Shown piece after piece: positions 6,974-15,374 of a DNA stretch of 21,723 nt. How positions within the stretch are numbered: position 1 is the stretch's first letter; every line of letters begins with the position of its first letter. Under the pieces are notes generated by a model, which ran no database searches, was not told the origin of the DNA, and saw nothing but the letters and a program-made list of their open reading frames with translations. A program made the translations under genes and the position numbers. Origin of the DNA: a virus. The DNA is taken from the UHGV virus genome UHGV-1576676; one strand, written 5' to 3'.

Positions 6974-8563
6974 TTACTTAATAAGCAGCGGTACGCCCTG
7001 GATACGACGGGCTACGCCAGTCGGGCAGCAGGCCCAGACTACTTCCCATTTATCGAATTCCGCCTGCGTAACTTTCAGCACATACGGTTCTGTACCGTCA
7101 GCATCAGGATCACGAGGAGCCACCAGAGCGCCGGAGGCGACAAAGCGATCTAAAAGTTTGGTCATCCCTTTAGTCAGGCCAGCCGCAGTAATACCGTCCG
7201 GGCTATGCTTCATCTGTCGGGCTAACTGGACAAAGAAACGGCTGATTGCATTCATCAGGGATGGGACGTGCTGGAAGTGCAGATAGTTATCCTGCGTGCA
7301 GCAAGTTAAAGCATCGTCGATGATCATCTGGCCAGAGGTGCCAACAGATACTTTATTGAGACGGCCCTTGACCATTGCTTCTTCGTCCGGGGTATCTTCC
7401 GGATACAGCGGTTGAATTGACGCACGAGCAATGACGGCACGTTCTTCACCAGCCGGTGAGTAATGCCAACCGCCGACATCAGAGTTTTTCTTGACGCCAC
7501 GAGCTTTCGCCGCATACGCCACGCCAGACAGACCAAAGACCACACGGGATTGGGTCCATTTGTCTTTGCAGGAGAACGGGTAGTGATAGACAGCACAGCT
7601 TACATAATCGGTACCAAGTAAACCGGTATCTTCAACAGCAGAGATCGCTTCCGTGTACGTCAATGTCGGTTTGACATCAAAGAAGCCATCAATCAGGCGA
7701 TCTGCACAGATTTTACCTAATGCGGTGATAGCCGCATTGTCATAGCAGCCCAGGCCAAGAACAGCGGTGTACATGTACGGCGCATTATTCAGCACTTTAA
7801 CCGCACGCAGGTACGCAGCGGTTGAGATTTTCGACTGATCGCCGTTGGTACCGCCAGTGAACGCCAACGATTTTTTGTTTGTTACTTTCGCTGTCGAAAT
7901 CAGCTCTTCATTAACAACCGCGCGCAGATATTTAGAACGGGCTTCCAGAGCCGTAGGCAGATAACACAAGCGGCCCATGTCATCTTTCGCTTCTTCCGCC
8001 AAAGACACAGTGTGTGTCTCCAGGGTCGTTACCACGCCGAGCGAAGTCGTCTGGGTCAGTTTTAAGAGGAAGCGTTCATTACCCGCGCTGTCCGCTGTTG
8101 CCGTTTCGATGGTTAACTCACGGGTAGGTGAAATACACGGATCACCATCATCAACGTAGATAGCAAAGGCTTCGCCACTATCAAGTTCAATTTCAGAACC
8201 GTATGGCAACGCACTGTAAGCCGGTTCGCCTGATTCATCGAACATAATAATCGGGAACTTCGCATCATCCGGAACAGCGCGAACAACATAACCAGACGTT
8301 TGCTGAATAGCTTCGTATACATGGCGAATTGGTTCGAACTGTGAGCCGGAAGACGGCTTCAGCGGTTCGCCGAGAACATCTTCGTAATTGGACTCAGTAA
8401 CCGCAAGAACAGTAAACGGCTTGCCACGCGCAAATACGCCAATACCAGCCCATAAGCTGCTATTTAATGCAACACCGGTAGATAACGTCGCATCGGCATT
8501 GATCGGGCTAACCGCGACGCCGGATGCATTACCTAATGACTGTTGAATTGAATATTGAGACAT
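6974..8563 (-). CDS. Putative contractile tail sheath protein (P1 gene 22-like)
   Basis: 529 aa (~57 kDa), directly downstream of the putative major head gene and next to parS as in P1; product assigned by synteny and size, not by motif. Confidence 0.55.
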   Translation of the reverse strand: MSQYSIQQSLGNASGVAVSPINADATLSTGVALNSSLWAGIGVFARGKPFTVLAVTESNYEDVLGEPLKPSSGSQFEPIRHVYEAIQQTSGYVVRAVPDDAKFPIIMFDESGEPAYSALPYGSEIELDSGEAFAIYVDDGDPCISPTRELTIETATADSAGNERFLLKLTQTTSLGVVTTLETHTVSLAEEAKDDMGRLCYLPTALEARSKYLRAVVNEELISTAKVTNKKSLAFTGGTNGDQSKISTAAYLRAVKVLNNAPYMYTAVLGLGCYDNAAITALGKICADRLIDGFFDVKPTLTYTEAISAVEDTGLLGTDYVSCAVYHYPFSCKDKWTQSRVVFGLSGVAYAAKARGVKKNSDVGGWHYSPAGEERAVIARASIQPLYPEDTPDEEAMVKGRLNKVSVGTSGQMIIDDALTCCTQDNYLHFQHVPSLMNAISRFFVQLARQMKHSPDGITAAGLTKGMTKLLDRFVASGALVAPRDPDADGTEPYVLKVTQAEFDKWEVVWACCPTGVARRIQGVPLLIK

Positions 8564-8623
8564 AACTTTCCCTGTTATGCGCCCCGCACGGGGGCGCTAT
8601 GTTAAACGGAGAACTACCCCTGA

Positions 8624-10351
8624 TTACTCAGAGTCACCGGCATCAATCGTGTCGCCGCTAATGAAGTTAAGCCCGCCTTTTTTGGCCATTGTCAGCGTTA
8701 CACGAGTGAAGTAATCAGCGCCGTTGCGTGGGTGCATATCGTTGATAGCCGAACCCCACAGCGTGGTACGGTTGACCAGCGCCGGAGTGGTCGGATGCTG
8801 GAACGGGATGGCCGGGACAGCATCACCAGTCACGAAGCCTGCTTTACCCGGATTTTCATCACGGACGTAGCACAGCACATCCATCGAGCTGAACTGAATG
8901 TTCTCTGTCGTTAAGTTCTTACAAATACCAGCAGGTACTTCGTACACTTTCACGTTACCGAACAGGGTACCGATGTAGTGAACATACGGAGTCTGGATAT
9001 AGTCTTCGGCTGGCTGGAAGAAATCCTTCGGCAACTGTTTGAAGAAAGATGCTGCATCAGCACCAGCAAACATCCCCATCGCACCAGAAGATTTAACGCG
9101 CTCAATAATGTCGCGATATACAGTCTGGAATTTGCCACGAATGATGGTTGCCCATACATCAAAGGACTGGTTAACCGGCAGAGCGATGTCAAAGGTGTCG
9201 GTCGCAAGAGTACGCCAGATCATGATGCGAAGACGCAGCATATCCTGTTCATGAGACAGGTATTCCTTCAGGGTGCGGAACTGTAGGGAACCCAGGTCCA
9301 GACCAAATTCACGCTGTGCTTCATACGCCGCCTGTACCGTGTGCTCAGCCGCGATAACGAACTGGCTTGGGAACAGGGTGTATTTCTTCATTTCGTGGTT
9401 GATCAGCGGGATCAGCTCAGGAGCGGCTTCAATATTGATTTCCGTCTCAATTGCGATCTCAGTGCCTTTATCCGGCGCTTTGGAGAACGACAGGGCAATC
9501 TGACCAATGTTGTAGTTCAGAGAGCAGGTAACAGTGATTTGCTCACCAGCAGCATTAGTAAACGAGTGAAGTAGGCTGCCGGAACCGTTATCAACAACAG
9601 ACTTAATACGGTTAACGTAGATATTAGTGCGACCTTTTCGGATTGGTACATTCTGGCCTTCGAAGTCTTCCATCTTGAAGGTTGCGGTTTTGCTGGTGCC
9701 ATCGGAGCTTGCCACCAGCACATAGCGGCGGCGTAACTGGCTGTACACACCGACGGATTGCATGTCCAGAACATCACCAGCAGCATAAGAACCAAAAGAG
9801 GAACCTGCCACGTTAAAGACTTCATAGATGTCGGACTGGTCACGCGTAACCGGAATGAAGGTACACGCATCAGCGGTAGCTGCCCCCAACTGAACAGGCA
9901 GGATCATCGCGAGGAATAAAGGCAGACGCATAACACCGTCAGAAACGCTCATCATCTCTGCTGCGACGGATTCCAGCATCGCTTTATTAGTGGCATCCAT
10001 GCTATTGCGGGTGGACTCAATCAGGCAGTTTTCCAGCGTCTGGTGGCAGGAGGCCAGAATTTCCGGACGCGGCATAGATTTATGTGCTGCGGCGTAGTCA
10101 GCCAGTGCACTTGCCCACGCTGTAGCGATTTGAGCGGTGGCATTATCAGAGATACCCGCAAAAACCGGGTCTTTACGTGCAGCTTCAAGGATAGATGCGG
10201 CACGCGCGGCATCATCTTTAATGAATTGGTTATCAGTACCGAACTGCGCAGTGCTTGCCCAGCCAAGCACAGCTTTAGAGCGTTTTGCGATATCTGCAAT
10301 ACGATTCTGGTATTCGCGTAAGTTACTCAATTTACTCTTCCTTAAACACAA
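8624..10351 (-). CDS. Putative major head (capsid) protein precursor (P1 gene 23-like); start codon uncertain
   Basis: 575-aa ORF opening at a TTG (10349-10351); a more plausible start is the in-frame TTG at 10328-10330, preceded by AGGAAG; no in-frame ATG for ~90 codons. Confidence 0.55.
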   Translation of the reverse strand: MCLRKSKLSNLREYQNRIADIAKRSKAVLGWASTAQFGTDNQFIKDDAARAASILEAARKDPVFAGISDNATAQIATAWASALADYAAAHKSMPRPEILASCHQTLENCLIESTRNSMDATNKAMLESVAAEMMSVSDGVMRLPLFLAMILPVQLGAATADACTFIPVTRDQSDIYEVFNVAGSSFGSYAAGDVLDMQSVGVYSQLRRRYVLVASSDGTSKTATFKMEDFEGQNVPIRKGRTNIYVNRIKSVVDNGSGSLLHSFTNAAGEQITVTCSLNYNIGQIALSFSKAPDKGTEIAIETEINIEAAPELIPLINHEMKKYTLFPSQFVIAAEHTVQAAYEAQREFGLDLGSLQFRTLKEYLSHEQDMLRLRIMIWRTLATDTFDIALPVNQSFDVWATIIRGKFQTVYRDIIERVKSSGAMGMFAGADAASFFKQLPKDFFQPAEDYIQTPYVHYIGTLFGNVKVYEVPAGICKNLTTENIQFSSMDVLCYVRDENPGKAGFVTGDAVPAIPFQHPTTPALVNRTTLWGSAINDMHPRNGADYFTRVTLTMAKKGGLNFISGDTIDAGDSE

Positions 10352-10381
10352 GGCACTTGTGTGAATCCCTTTTCGGAAGAG

Positions 10382-10410
10382 ATTTTATTGAAAGTCACTT
10401 GTTGACTTTC
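10382..10410 (-). promoter_or_regulatory. Candidate late promoter for the head/tail operon: perfect 8-bp inverted repeat followed by a TAAAAT -10-like hexamer
   Basis: Minus strand reads GAAAGTCA-acaag-TGACTTTC aa TAAAAT; P1 late promoters are recalled as a -10 plus an upstream inverted repeat near -22. Confidence 0.35.
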
Positions 10411-10454
10411 TCGCTAAAAGTAATTTTTTAAATTTTTTGTGCGGGGGAGGGGGG

Positions 10455-10560
10455 CAAGTAAAACAGGCGTGAAATCGTGGGAATTTCAGTCTGAAATTTT
10501 CCATGAATATCTATATATATCATATATTTATACATGAAATAGGCGCGGGACATTTTAGAC
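10455..10560. promoter_or_regulatory. parS: parS partition site (centromere)
   Basis: Directly downstream of parB; heptamer boxes GTGAAAT (10469), AATTTCA (10482), TGAAATT (10492), TGAAATA (10545) flank an AT-rich tract at 10505-10540 (IHF-site-like); gtgaaatcgtgg resembles the recalled P1 GTGAAATCGCCA. Confidence 0.5.
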
Positions 10561-10596
10561 AGGGGAGGGGGCTAAAGCCGCCTCCCACCAGCGGGA

Positions 10597-11562
10597 TTAT
10601 TCCCCAGCAGACATTTTCCCAATGATTTTTTTTATTGCTTCGTCAATTTCAGTTTGCACTTCAGACGGGAGTCTGGAGAACTCGTAGGCGACAACCCGTT
10701 TTTTCGGATCGGACTTCTTTCGGGCATATTGGCGACGGTCAGAGAAGTCTCGCAGCTTCTCAACCACCACAGATTTAACCGGCGCGGGCTTCAGGCTTTT
10801 GCTTTCCGCTTTGAAGATAGCCAGTATCTTCGCTTTATCCTCTTTCGCGCCCTCAGTCTCTGCAATTCGTTCGCGCACCGTATCAACCAGCTCTTCAATC
10901 GGCACGCTTTTAGCGTTAGCATCCTCGGCGATCTGGAGCAGTAACTGGTAATCTGGAAGGGCGAGATCGCTGGCTACGGGGAAGACAGCAATCATCTCAT
11001 CCGGCACCGCGGCAGCCTGGAAAGCTCGCGTCACTTTTGCCTTTGAGATGTTCTCAGCTCGGGCGATCTCTTCTTTGGTCATATTCTTACCGTACATAAC
11101 CTCGAAGCGTTTACCCAGCTCGCGCAGAGTGTGTTCGCGGGCTGTCTGGATATCAATGGCCAGCTGGCGGGCATCCGCCAGGCTGATCTCATCTTTCGTC
11201 ACCAGAATCTCAAATTTCGTTTCATTGAAGATACACGCAGCGCGGCGACGCGATCCGTCCAATACCTCAATGCGCTCCCCAACCATACGACCGATAGCCG
11301 GGAAGAACTGTTGCAATTTAATGGTGCGGGAAATATCGCTTACCGACTCAGGGGTGAGCAGAGACTGATCGCGGCCGTTAACTGCCGGGTCAACGAACGT
11401 GCGCGACTCAATCTCACCACTCAGCACGACGGTAAGCAAGAATTTAGCCTGGCGGCCAGATTTTAGGGTAAAGGTTTTGGTGCCTTCACTGCCTTCAAGC
11501 ATGCGAGCAAACTCGGAGCTATTCTTGCCCAGCACTCGTCCACGGGAAACTATTTTTTTCAT
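10597..11562 (-). CDS. parB: Partition protein ParB (centromere-binding)
   Basis: 321 aa; ATGA start/stop overlap with parA; adjacent to parS; synteny repA-incA-parA-parB-parS. Confidence 0.9.
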   Translation of the reverse strand: MKKIVSRGRVLGKNSSEFARMLEGSEGTKTFTLKSGRQAKFLLTVVLSGEIESRTFVDPAVNGRDQSLLTPESVSDISRTIKLQQFFPAIGRMVGERIEVLDGSRRRAACIFNETKFEILVTKDEISLADARQLAIDIQTAREHTLRELGKRFEVMYGKNMTKEEIARAENISKAKVTRAFQAAAVPDEMIAVFPVASDLALPDYQLLLQIAEDANAKSVPIEELVDTVRERIAETEGAKEDKAKILAIFKAESKSLKPAPVKSVVVEKLRDFSDRRQYARKKSDPKKRVVAYEFSRLPSEVQTEIDEAIKKIIGKMSAGE

Positions 11563-12770
11563 GCCGCCTCACCCCTAACAAACTCAATTCGATCAAACAC
11601 AGCCTTAGTGAAACGCTCGGCCTCGGTTCGTGCCTTCTTCAGCGCCTCTGCACTGCCTGGATACGATTGCGGGTTGGCACTGATTACGGTGTCGAAAGAC
11701 TCGCCGCATCGCTCAAAGCCATCCAGACGAGGCAGAGAAGAGTCCAGAATGTTGCTGGCGTAAACCTCACGCGCAAGGCTGTGTGATGTCTCGTGATCGC
11801 GCTTGCCGGTCATCTTCGACATAAAACCAATGCTGGCGCTCAAACGCGGTTCTACGCCTTCCTCCTCCAGTTGCTCCAGCATTTCTGGCAGACGGGTGAG
11901 ATATTTCAGTGTTGAGTGGAAGTCAACCTGGGCTGGTGGGGTAGGGGTAAGCAGCAAATCGCTGGCCGCCAGACCGTTGAGCAGGAACGGATCCAGGTGT
12001 GGACCGGTATCAATAAAGATAAAGTCATAATCATCCGCAACACGATCAATGATATTGCGTCGAAGGATTTCGTACTGATTTTGTCCGGGAAGATGCTCTT
12101 CAACCAGCTCTTTCCATTGGCTGGCAACAAAGCCATCGTCGATAGAGGCTGGAATCACGTCTACGCCAGGAACGATGGTCGGACGAATCACCTCTTTGCG
12201 TAGCGTCTCCGCGTCCAGGTCGTTCAGCATCGCCTGCGCGGCGGTTTCCAGGATGGAACCAATACTGTGAGTATGGTCGAGGAACATTGTGCTGGATGCC
12301 TGAGGGTCAAGGTCAATTACCAGAATGCGCAGATCGTGACGCAGTAAATCCTGATGCACACGCAGAGCGTGCGCCAACGTGACTGTGGAAACCGTTTTGG
12401 ATACGCCACCCTTCAGGTTTACGACAAAAATAACGTAAGGCGATTTGTGAATGTCGCGATATTTGGGGATCTTACGGTGGGCATAGATATCAATGACGTT
12501 CTGGATGGTCAGCGCGTACTGTTCAACGTTACCGACCTGTTTCTTGTTGAACTGGTACCCATCATCTTCCATCTCTTTGATGGCCTGCTCCACAATACGG
12601 CGGCTCAGCTTCGGCAACTTTGCCACAGCGTTACGAGTGAACGTCTGATAATACTCGGTCTGATTGAACTCTTTGCGCTGATCTTCAATATCCTGACTCA
12701 TGGCCTTAAGTAATGCGCTTGCACGAAGAGCTATGGTGCCGACACCGCCGTAATCGCGTTTCATCATCAT
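11559..12770 (-). CDS. parA: Partition ATPase ParA (type Ia, long N-terminal regulatory region)
   Basis: 403 aa; deviant Walker A KGGVSKT and DLDPQ motif; first gene of the par operon. Confidence 0.92.
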   Translation of the reverse strand: MMMKRDYGGVGTIALRASALLKAMSQDIEDQRKEFNQTEYYQTFTRNAVAKLPKLSRRIVEQAIKEMEDDGYQFNKKQVGNVEQYALTIQNVIDIYAHRKIPKYRDIHKSPYVIFVVNLKGGVSKTVSTVTLAHALRVHQDLLRHDLRILVIDLDPQASSTMFLDHTHSIGSILETAAQAMLNDLDAETLRKEVIRPTIVPGVDVIPASIDDGFVASQWKELVEEHLPGQNQYEILRRNIIDRVADDYDFIFIDTGPHLDPFLLNGLAASDLLLTPTPPAQVDFHSTLKYLTRLPEMLEQLEEEGVEPRLSASIGFMSKMTGKRDHETSHSLAREVYASNILDSSLPRLDGFERCGESFDTVISANPQSYPGSAEALKKARTEAERFTKAVFDRIEFVRGEAA

Positions 12771-12805
12771 CTCCTTATCATTTCGTATGAGTGAATTGTA
12801 CGTTT

Positions 12806-12850
12806 GATTCTGCTACGTGCAACTTTTTTTGATTCGTGCGTCAATTATTG
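12806..12850 (-). promoter_or_regulatory. par promoter-operator region (parOP) with long imperfect palindrome
   Basis: ctACGTGCAA ... TTGCACGTaaa inverted repeat just upstream of the parA start on the minus strand; ParA autoregulation at a palindromic operator is established for P1. Confidence 0.45.
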
Positions 12851-12878
12851 CACGTAAAGAAATGGCGATGTGGCTATT

Positions 12879-13164
12879 AGATGTGTGCTGGAGGGATGAT
12901 GCAGGACCAGAATGTGCGATAGAGGGAAGTCGCATTAAATTATGTGCTGTGGAGGGATCGCTGGTATCAAATATGTGTGCTGGAGGGAAAGGCAGAGAAT
13001 TACATGTGCACTGGAGGGAAAAACGGATGGACAGATGTGTGCTGGAGGGAAAGTCTGGGCAAACTGCGGGGCGTCCCCCTCCAGCGCACATCAAAAACAG
13101 GAAATTAGACAAGCCTTCCCGGCAGCACACATTTTTTTAATGCAGCTTCCCTCCAGCACACACT
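12879..13164. repeat. incA: incA copy-control locus: nine 19-bp RepA-binding iterons in two orientations
   Basis: Iterons near 12879, 12910 (degenerate), 12940, 12971, 13001, 13033 in one orientation (gatgtgtgctggagggaa type) and 13073, 13115, 13146 in the other (ccctccagcacacat); nine is the count recalled for P1 incA. Confidence 0.85.
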
Positions 13165-14024
13165 TATTCTGGGAGTTTCAGCTTTGGATTGCGAGAATGG
13201 ACGATTACAAAACTTTCCCGGCCTTTCTTCTCAATTGAACAGTCGAGATAGCCGATTGTTTTAAGCTGTTCTATCGCTTTCTTAATGATACGGTTTTGCT
13301 CGCCAACAGCTGACTGCAAAGCCAGGCGCTCACGGATTCGGGCGAAAGATAGCGGCAACGGATTCTGCGGAAGGCTTTCGATGAAAGTGTAAATGGCTTG
13401 TGCAGCTTCTTTCTTCGGAAGGGCACGCAAGGCGTGGTGTTGCAACAGAACGCGATAATCAAGCTGGAACAGCTCCCACAGCTTCGAATCAGCCTCCAGC
13501 TCTATCAGATCAAGGTCAGCATCAAAACGACCGACCTTTAGCAGACCAGTCTGATAGCCGCCTTTAGCATCTTTTCCGCGCTTAAAAGCGATACCCTTGT
13601 TACGTAAGCGTCCAAGTGATTCATGAATGGTTAAACGCAGTTTCGCATCCAGACGTTTTGAGGGGAAACCACAGGCTTTAGCGAATTCCTGAAACGATAA
13701 CTGGATGGTGTTTGAGGACAAGCCGTATTTGCTGAACGCGTAGATGACACCGATCCACGTTTTGAAATCAGTATCCATATCGAGTCGAGGACCGGTGATT
13801 TTAATATCATCGTAACCCTCGGCTTTAGCTATCTCCAGCTGGGAAAATGCTTTGGTGGCATCAATCTCTTTACTTTCTCCTTTGCTCTTTGATGGCTTCG
13901 GCACGAATACCCCCAAGCGCATCAACGCTACAGGCTGCACAGTGTTGTTTGAATTAACTGTTAGTTCTTTTGCCTTACTTTCAATGTCTGCGTAAAGAAT
14001 ATCGGAGATAAATGATTGATTCAT
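13164..14024 (-). CDS. repA: Plasmid replication initiator RepA (iteron-binding)
   Basis: 286 aa, the length recalled for P1 RepA, bracketed by incA and incC iterons. Confidence 0.9.
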   Translation of the reverse strand: MNQSFISDILYADIESKAKELTVNSNNTVQPVALMRLGVFVPKPSKSKGESKEIDATKAFSQLEIAKAEGYDDIKITGPRLDMDTDFKTWIGVIYAFSKYGLSSNTIQLSFQEFAKACGFPSKRLDAKLRLTIHESLGRLRNKGIAFKRGKDAKGGYQTGLLKVGRFDADLDLIELEADSKLWELFQLDYRVLLQHHALRALPKKEAAQAIYTFIESLPQNPLPLSFARIRERLALQSAVGEQNRIIKKAIEQLKTIGYLDCSIEKKGRESFVIVHSRNPKLKLPE

Positions 14025-14029
14025 ATTAC

Positions 14030-14310
14030 TTTTTCCGAATTGTGTGGATAGTTTTTATAAGTGGTGATAACTACCCAGGCTTTCCCGTCAGCACACATCC
14101 TATATCCCGCCAGCACACATTAGCAACCCGTCAGCACACATTTTTATCCCTCCAGCACACATCGTTTTCCCTCCAGCACACATCGCGATACACTTCTAAG
14201 CCAGACGTGGCGCGGCCTGCAACGATCAGGGATCTATATGGATCTAATTGGGATCTGTATGGACCTGATTATTGGATCTATCCAGTGGATAATGTGGATA
14301 AGTGAAAAAC
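14030..14310 (-). other. oriR: oriR plasmid replication origin: DnaA box, incC iterons, GATC-rich heptamer repeats, tandem DnaA boxes
   Basis: tgtggatag (14043-14051); five iterons at 14081-14184; five GATC sites in gatctat-type heptamers at 14224-14278; DnaA boxes agtggataa / tgtggataa at 14285-14302. Confidence 0.85.
14081..14184. repeat. incC: incC: five direct 19-bp iterons containing the repA promoter
   Basis: Five cagcacacat(c/t) iterons spaced ~21-23 bp apart, immediately upstream of repA. Confidence 0.85.
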
Positions 14311-14342
14311 CGGCCAACGTAGCCGGTTGGAAGGGAGTCGTA

Positions 14343-14735
14343 TTATTCTACGCTTTCGATGAGAAGACCATGTTCATAGCATTTAAGCTCATCGCCCTCG
14401 TACAGGAATTGGTATCCAATACCACCATATTCAGGCACATTAGGGAATAACTCATCACTTACCGAAGAACAAATCACACCAATGCAGCGATCAACGCCTT
14501 CTCGTTCTTCAGTGCTGAAAAAATCCTCTTCGGTAAGAACATGAGTACATTGCTCATCAGCATAGGTCGGAAATACATGCTCAATGCAATCCGGGTGTTT
14601 TAAACCAAGCTGATCGGCAAGCTCGAAAGCACGACGGTATTGTTCAGATCCTGGCTTGCCAACAGTGATTTGCTCAATTTTGTAGATTGAAGTCGCTTTG
14701 TTGATAGTTTGCTTTACTGTTACTTTATCAGACAT
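14343..14735 (-). CDS. Hypothetical protein (P1 upfA-like position)
   Basis: 130-aa ORF just beyond oriR on the repA strand; Cys/His-rich; assignment by synteny only. Confidence 0.55.
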   Translation of the reverse strand: MSDKVTVKQTINKATSIYKIEQITVGKPGSEQYRRAFELADQLGLKHPDCIEHVFPTYADEQCTHVLTEEDFFSTEEREGVDRCIGVICSSVSDELFPNVPEYGGIGYQFLYEGDELKCYEHGLLIESVE

Positions 14736-14746
14736 AAAAATCCCTT

Positions 14747-15079
14747 TTAGTTACCGCTAATAGCTCGGTTGTAATCATTAACGTTGCGATTCTTCCTGTT
14801 AATCCCCATCAGCATCGTTTCTGTATCGAGGATATACGCTGGCAGATCATCAAAATATTCACTGCTAAACTCTGGCATCCTGCACATAAATGCACTTTTG
14901 GGGGCAGGGTGGTTAACCTTTGTCGGCGTCGGCGTTAAATTCGCTGATCGACTCCCGGAGCAACCGCTGAGTGTCAGCAGGAATACGCTGGCGAACATTA
15001 CCCGCCGCAACCAGGTGTTTCTGAACTTCAGCTTTTCGTTCCATTTGCCTGTCAGCATACTTGGCTTGTTCTGATTCAT
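14747..15079 (-). CDS. mlp: Small lipoprotein precursor (P1 mlp-like); candidate outer-membrane spanin subunit
   Basis: AGGAAG 6 nt upstream of the ATG; basic N-region, hydrophobic VMFASVFLLTL, lipobox LSGC; overlaps the 3' end of the ppfA-like gene by 167 nt in another frame. Confidence 0.6.
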   Translation of the reverse strand: MNQNKPSMLTGKWNEKLKFRNTWLRRVMFASVFLLTLSGCSGSRSANLTPTPTKVNHPAPKSAFMCRMPEFSSEYFDDLPAYILDTETMLMGINRKNRNVNDYNRAISGN

Positions 15080-15335
15080 TTTTCACTTCCTGGCTGTGAA
15101 AATGTTGCTCTGCTTTGTTCATCGTCTCAATGGTCTGGTTAAGATCCATTATTGACTTATCACGCTCCTTAACAGCCTGATCAAGACTGCCAATTTTCTC
15201 TATGGCTTGCTTTAGCTGATGACGTTCCCATGCAAACCCAGCACCAACAAGTGCGCAAATCAGAACAAGAACACCAGTAGCAGCAAGTTTCTCCTTCAAA
15301 GACAAAGCTGTTTTTAACGTAGAAAAGAATGACAT
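14913..15335 (-). CDS. Membrane-anchored coiled-coil protein (P1 ppfA-like); candidate inner-membrane spanin subunit
   Basis: AGGAGG 5 nt upstream of ATG (MSFFSTL...); one N-terminal transmembrane helix (LAATGVLVLICALVGAGFAW) then a charged segment with coiled-coil-like periodicity. Confidence 0.6.
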   Translation of the reverse strand: MSFFSTLKTALSLKEKLAATGVLVLICALVGAGFAWERHQLKQAIEKIGSLDQAVKERDKSIMDLNQTIETMNKAEQHFHSQEVKNESEQAKYADRQMERKAEVQKHLVAAGNVRQRIPADTQRLLRESISEFNADADKG

Positions 15336-15374
15336 GTCTTCCTCCTGAAGAAAAATTATCAATGAAGTCCTTTG

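Noticed and set aside
6288-10364. Plus- and minus-strand ORFs of 60-160 aa nested within the 271-aa, sheath and head genes
   Set aside because: All lie inside long, tightly packed late genes on the opposite strand or in alternative frames; Ser/Ala-rich mirror translations.
11932-11939. Chi sites (gctggtgg) at ~11932 and ~19285 (+) and ~10578 (-)
   Set aside because: Three octamers in about 22 kb is near the chance expectation for E. coli-like sequence; no clustering or orientation bias.
10654-12713. Plus-strand ORFs inside parB and parA
   Set aside because: Antisense to the par operon, whose genes are supported by motifs and ATGA coupling.
12813-13238. ORFs of ~100 aa across the incA iterons
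   Set aside because: Created by the 19-bp iteron repeats (recurrent CAGG/CWRE peptides); the region is a known non-coding copy-control locus.
14012-14450. ORFs 14012-14305 and 14238-14450 across oriR
   Set aside because: Run through iterons, GATC repeats and DnaA boxes of the origin; no RBS.
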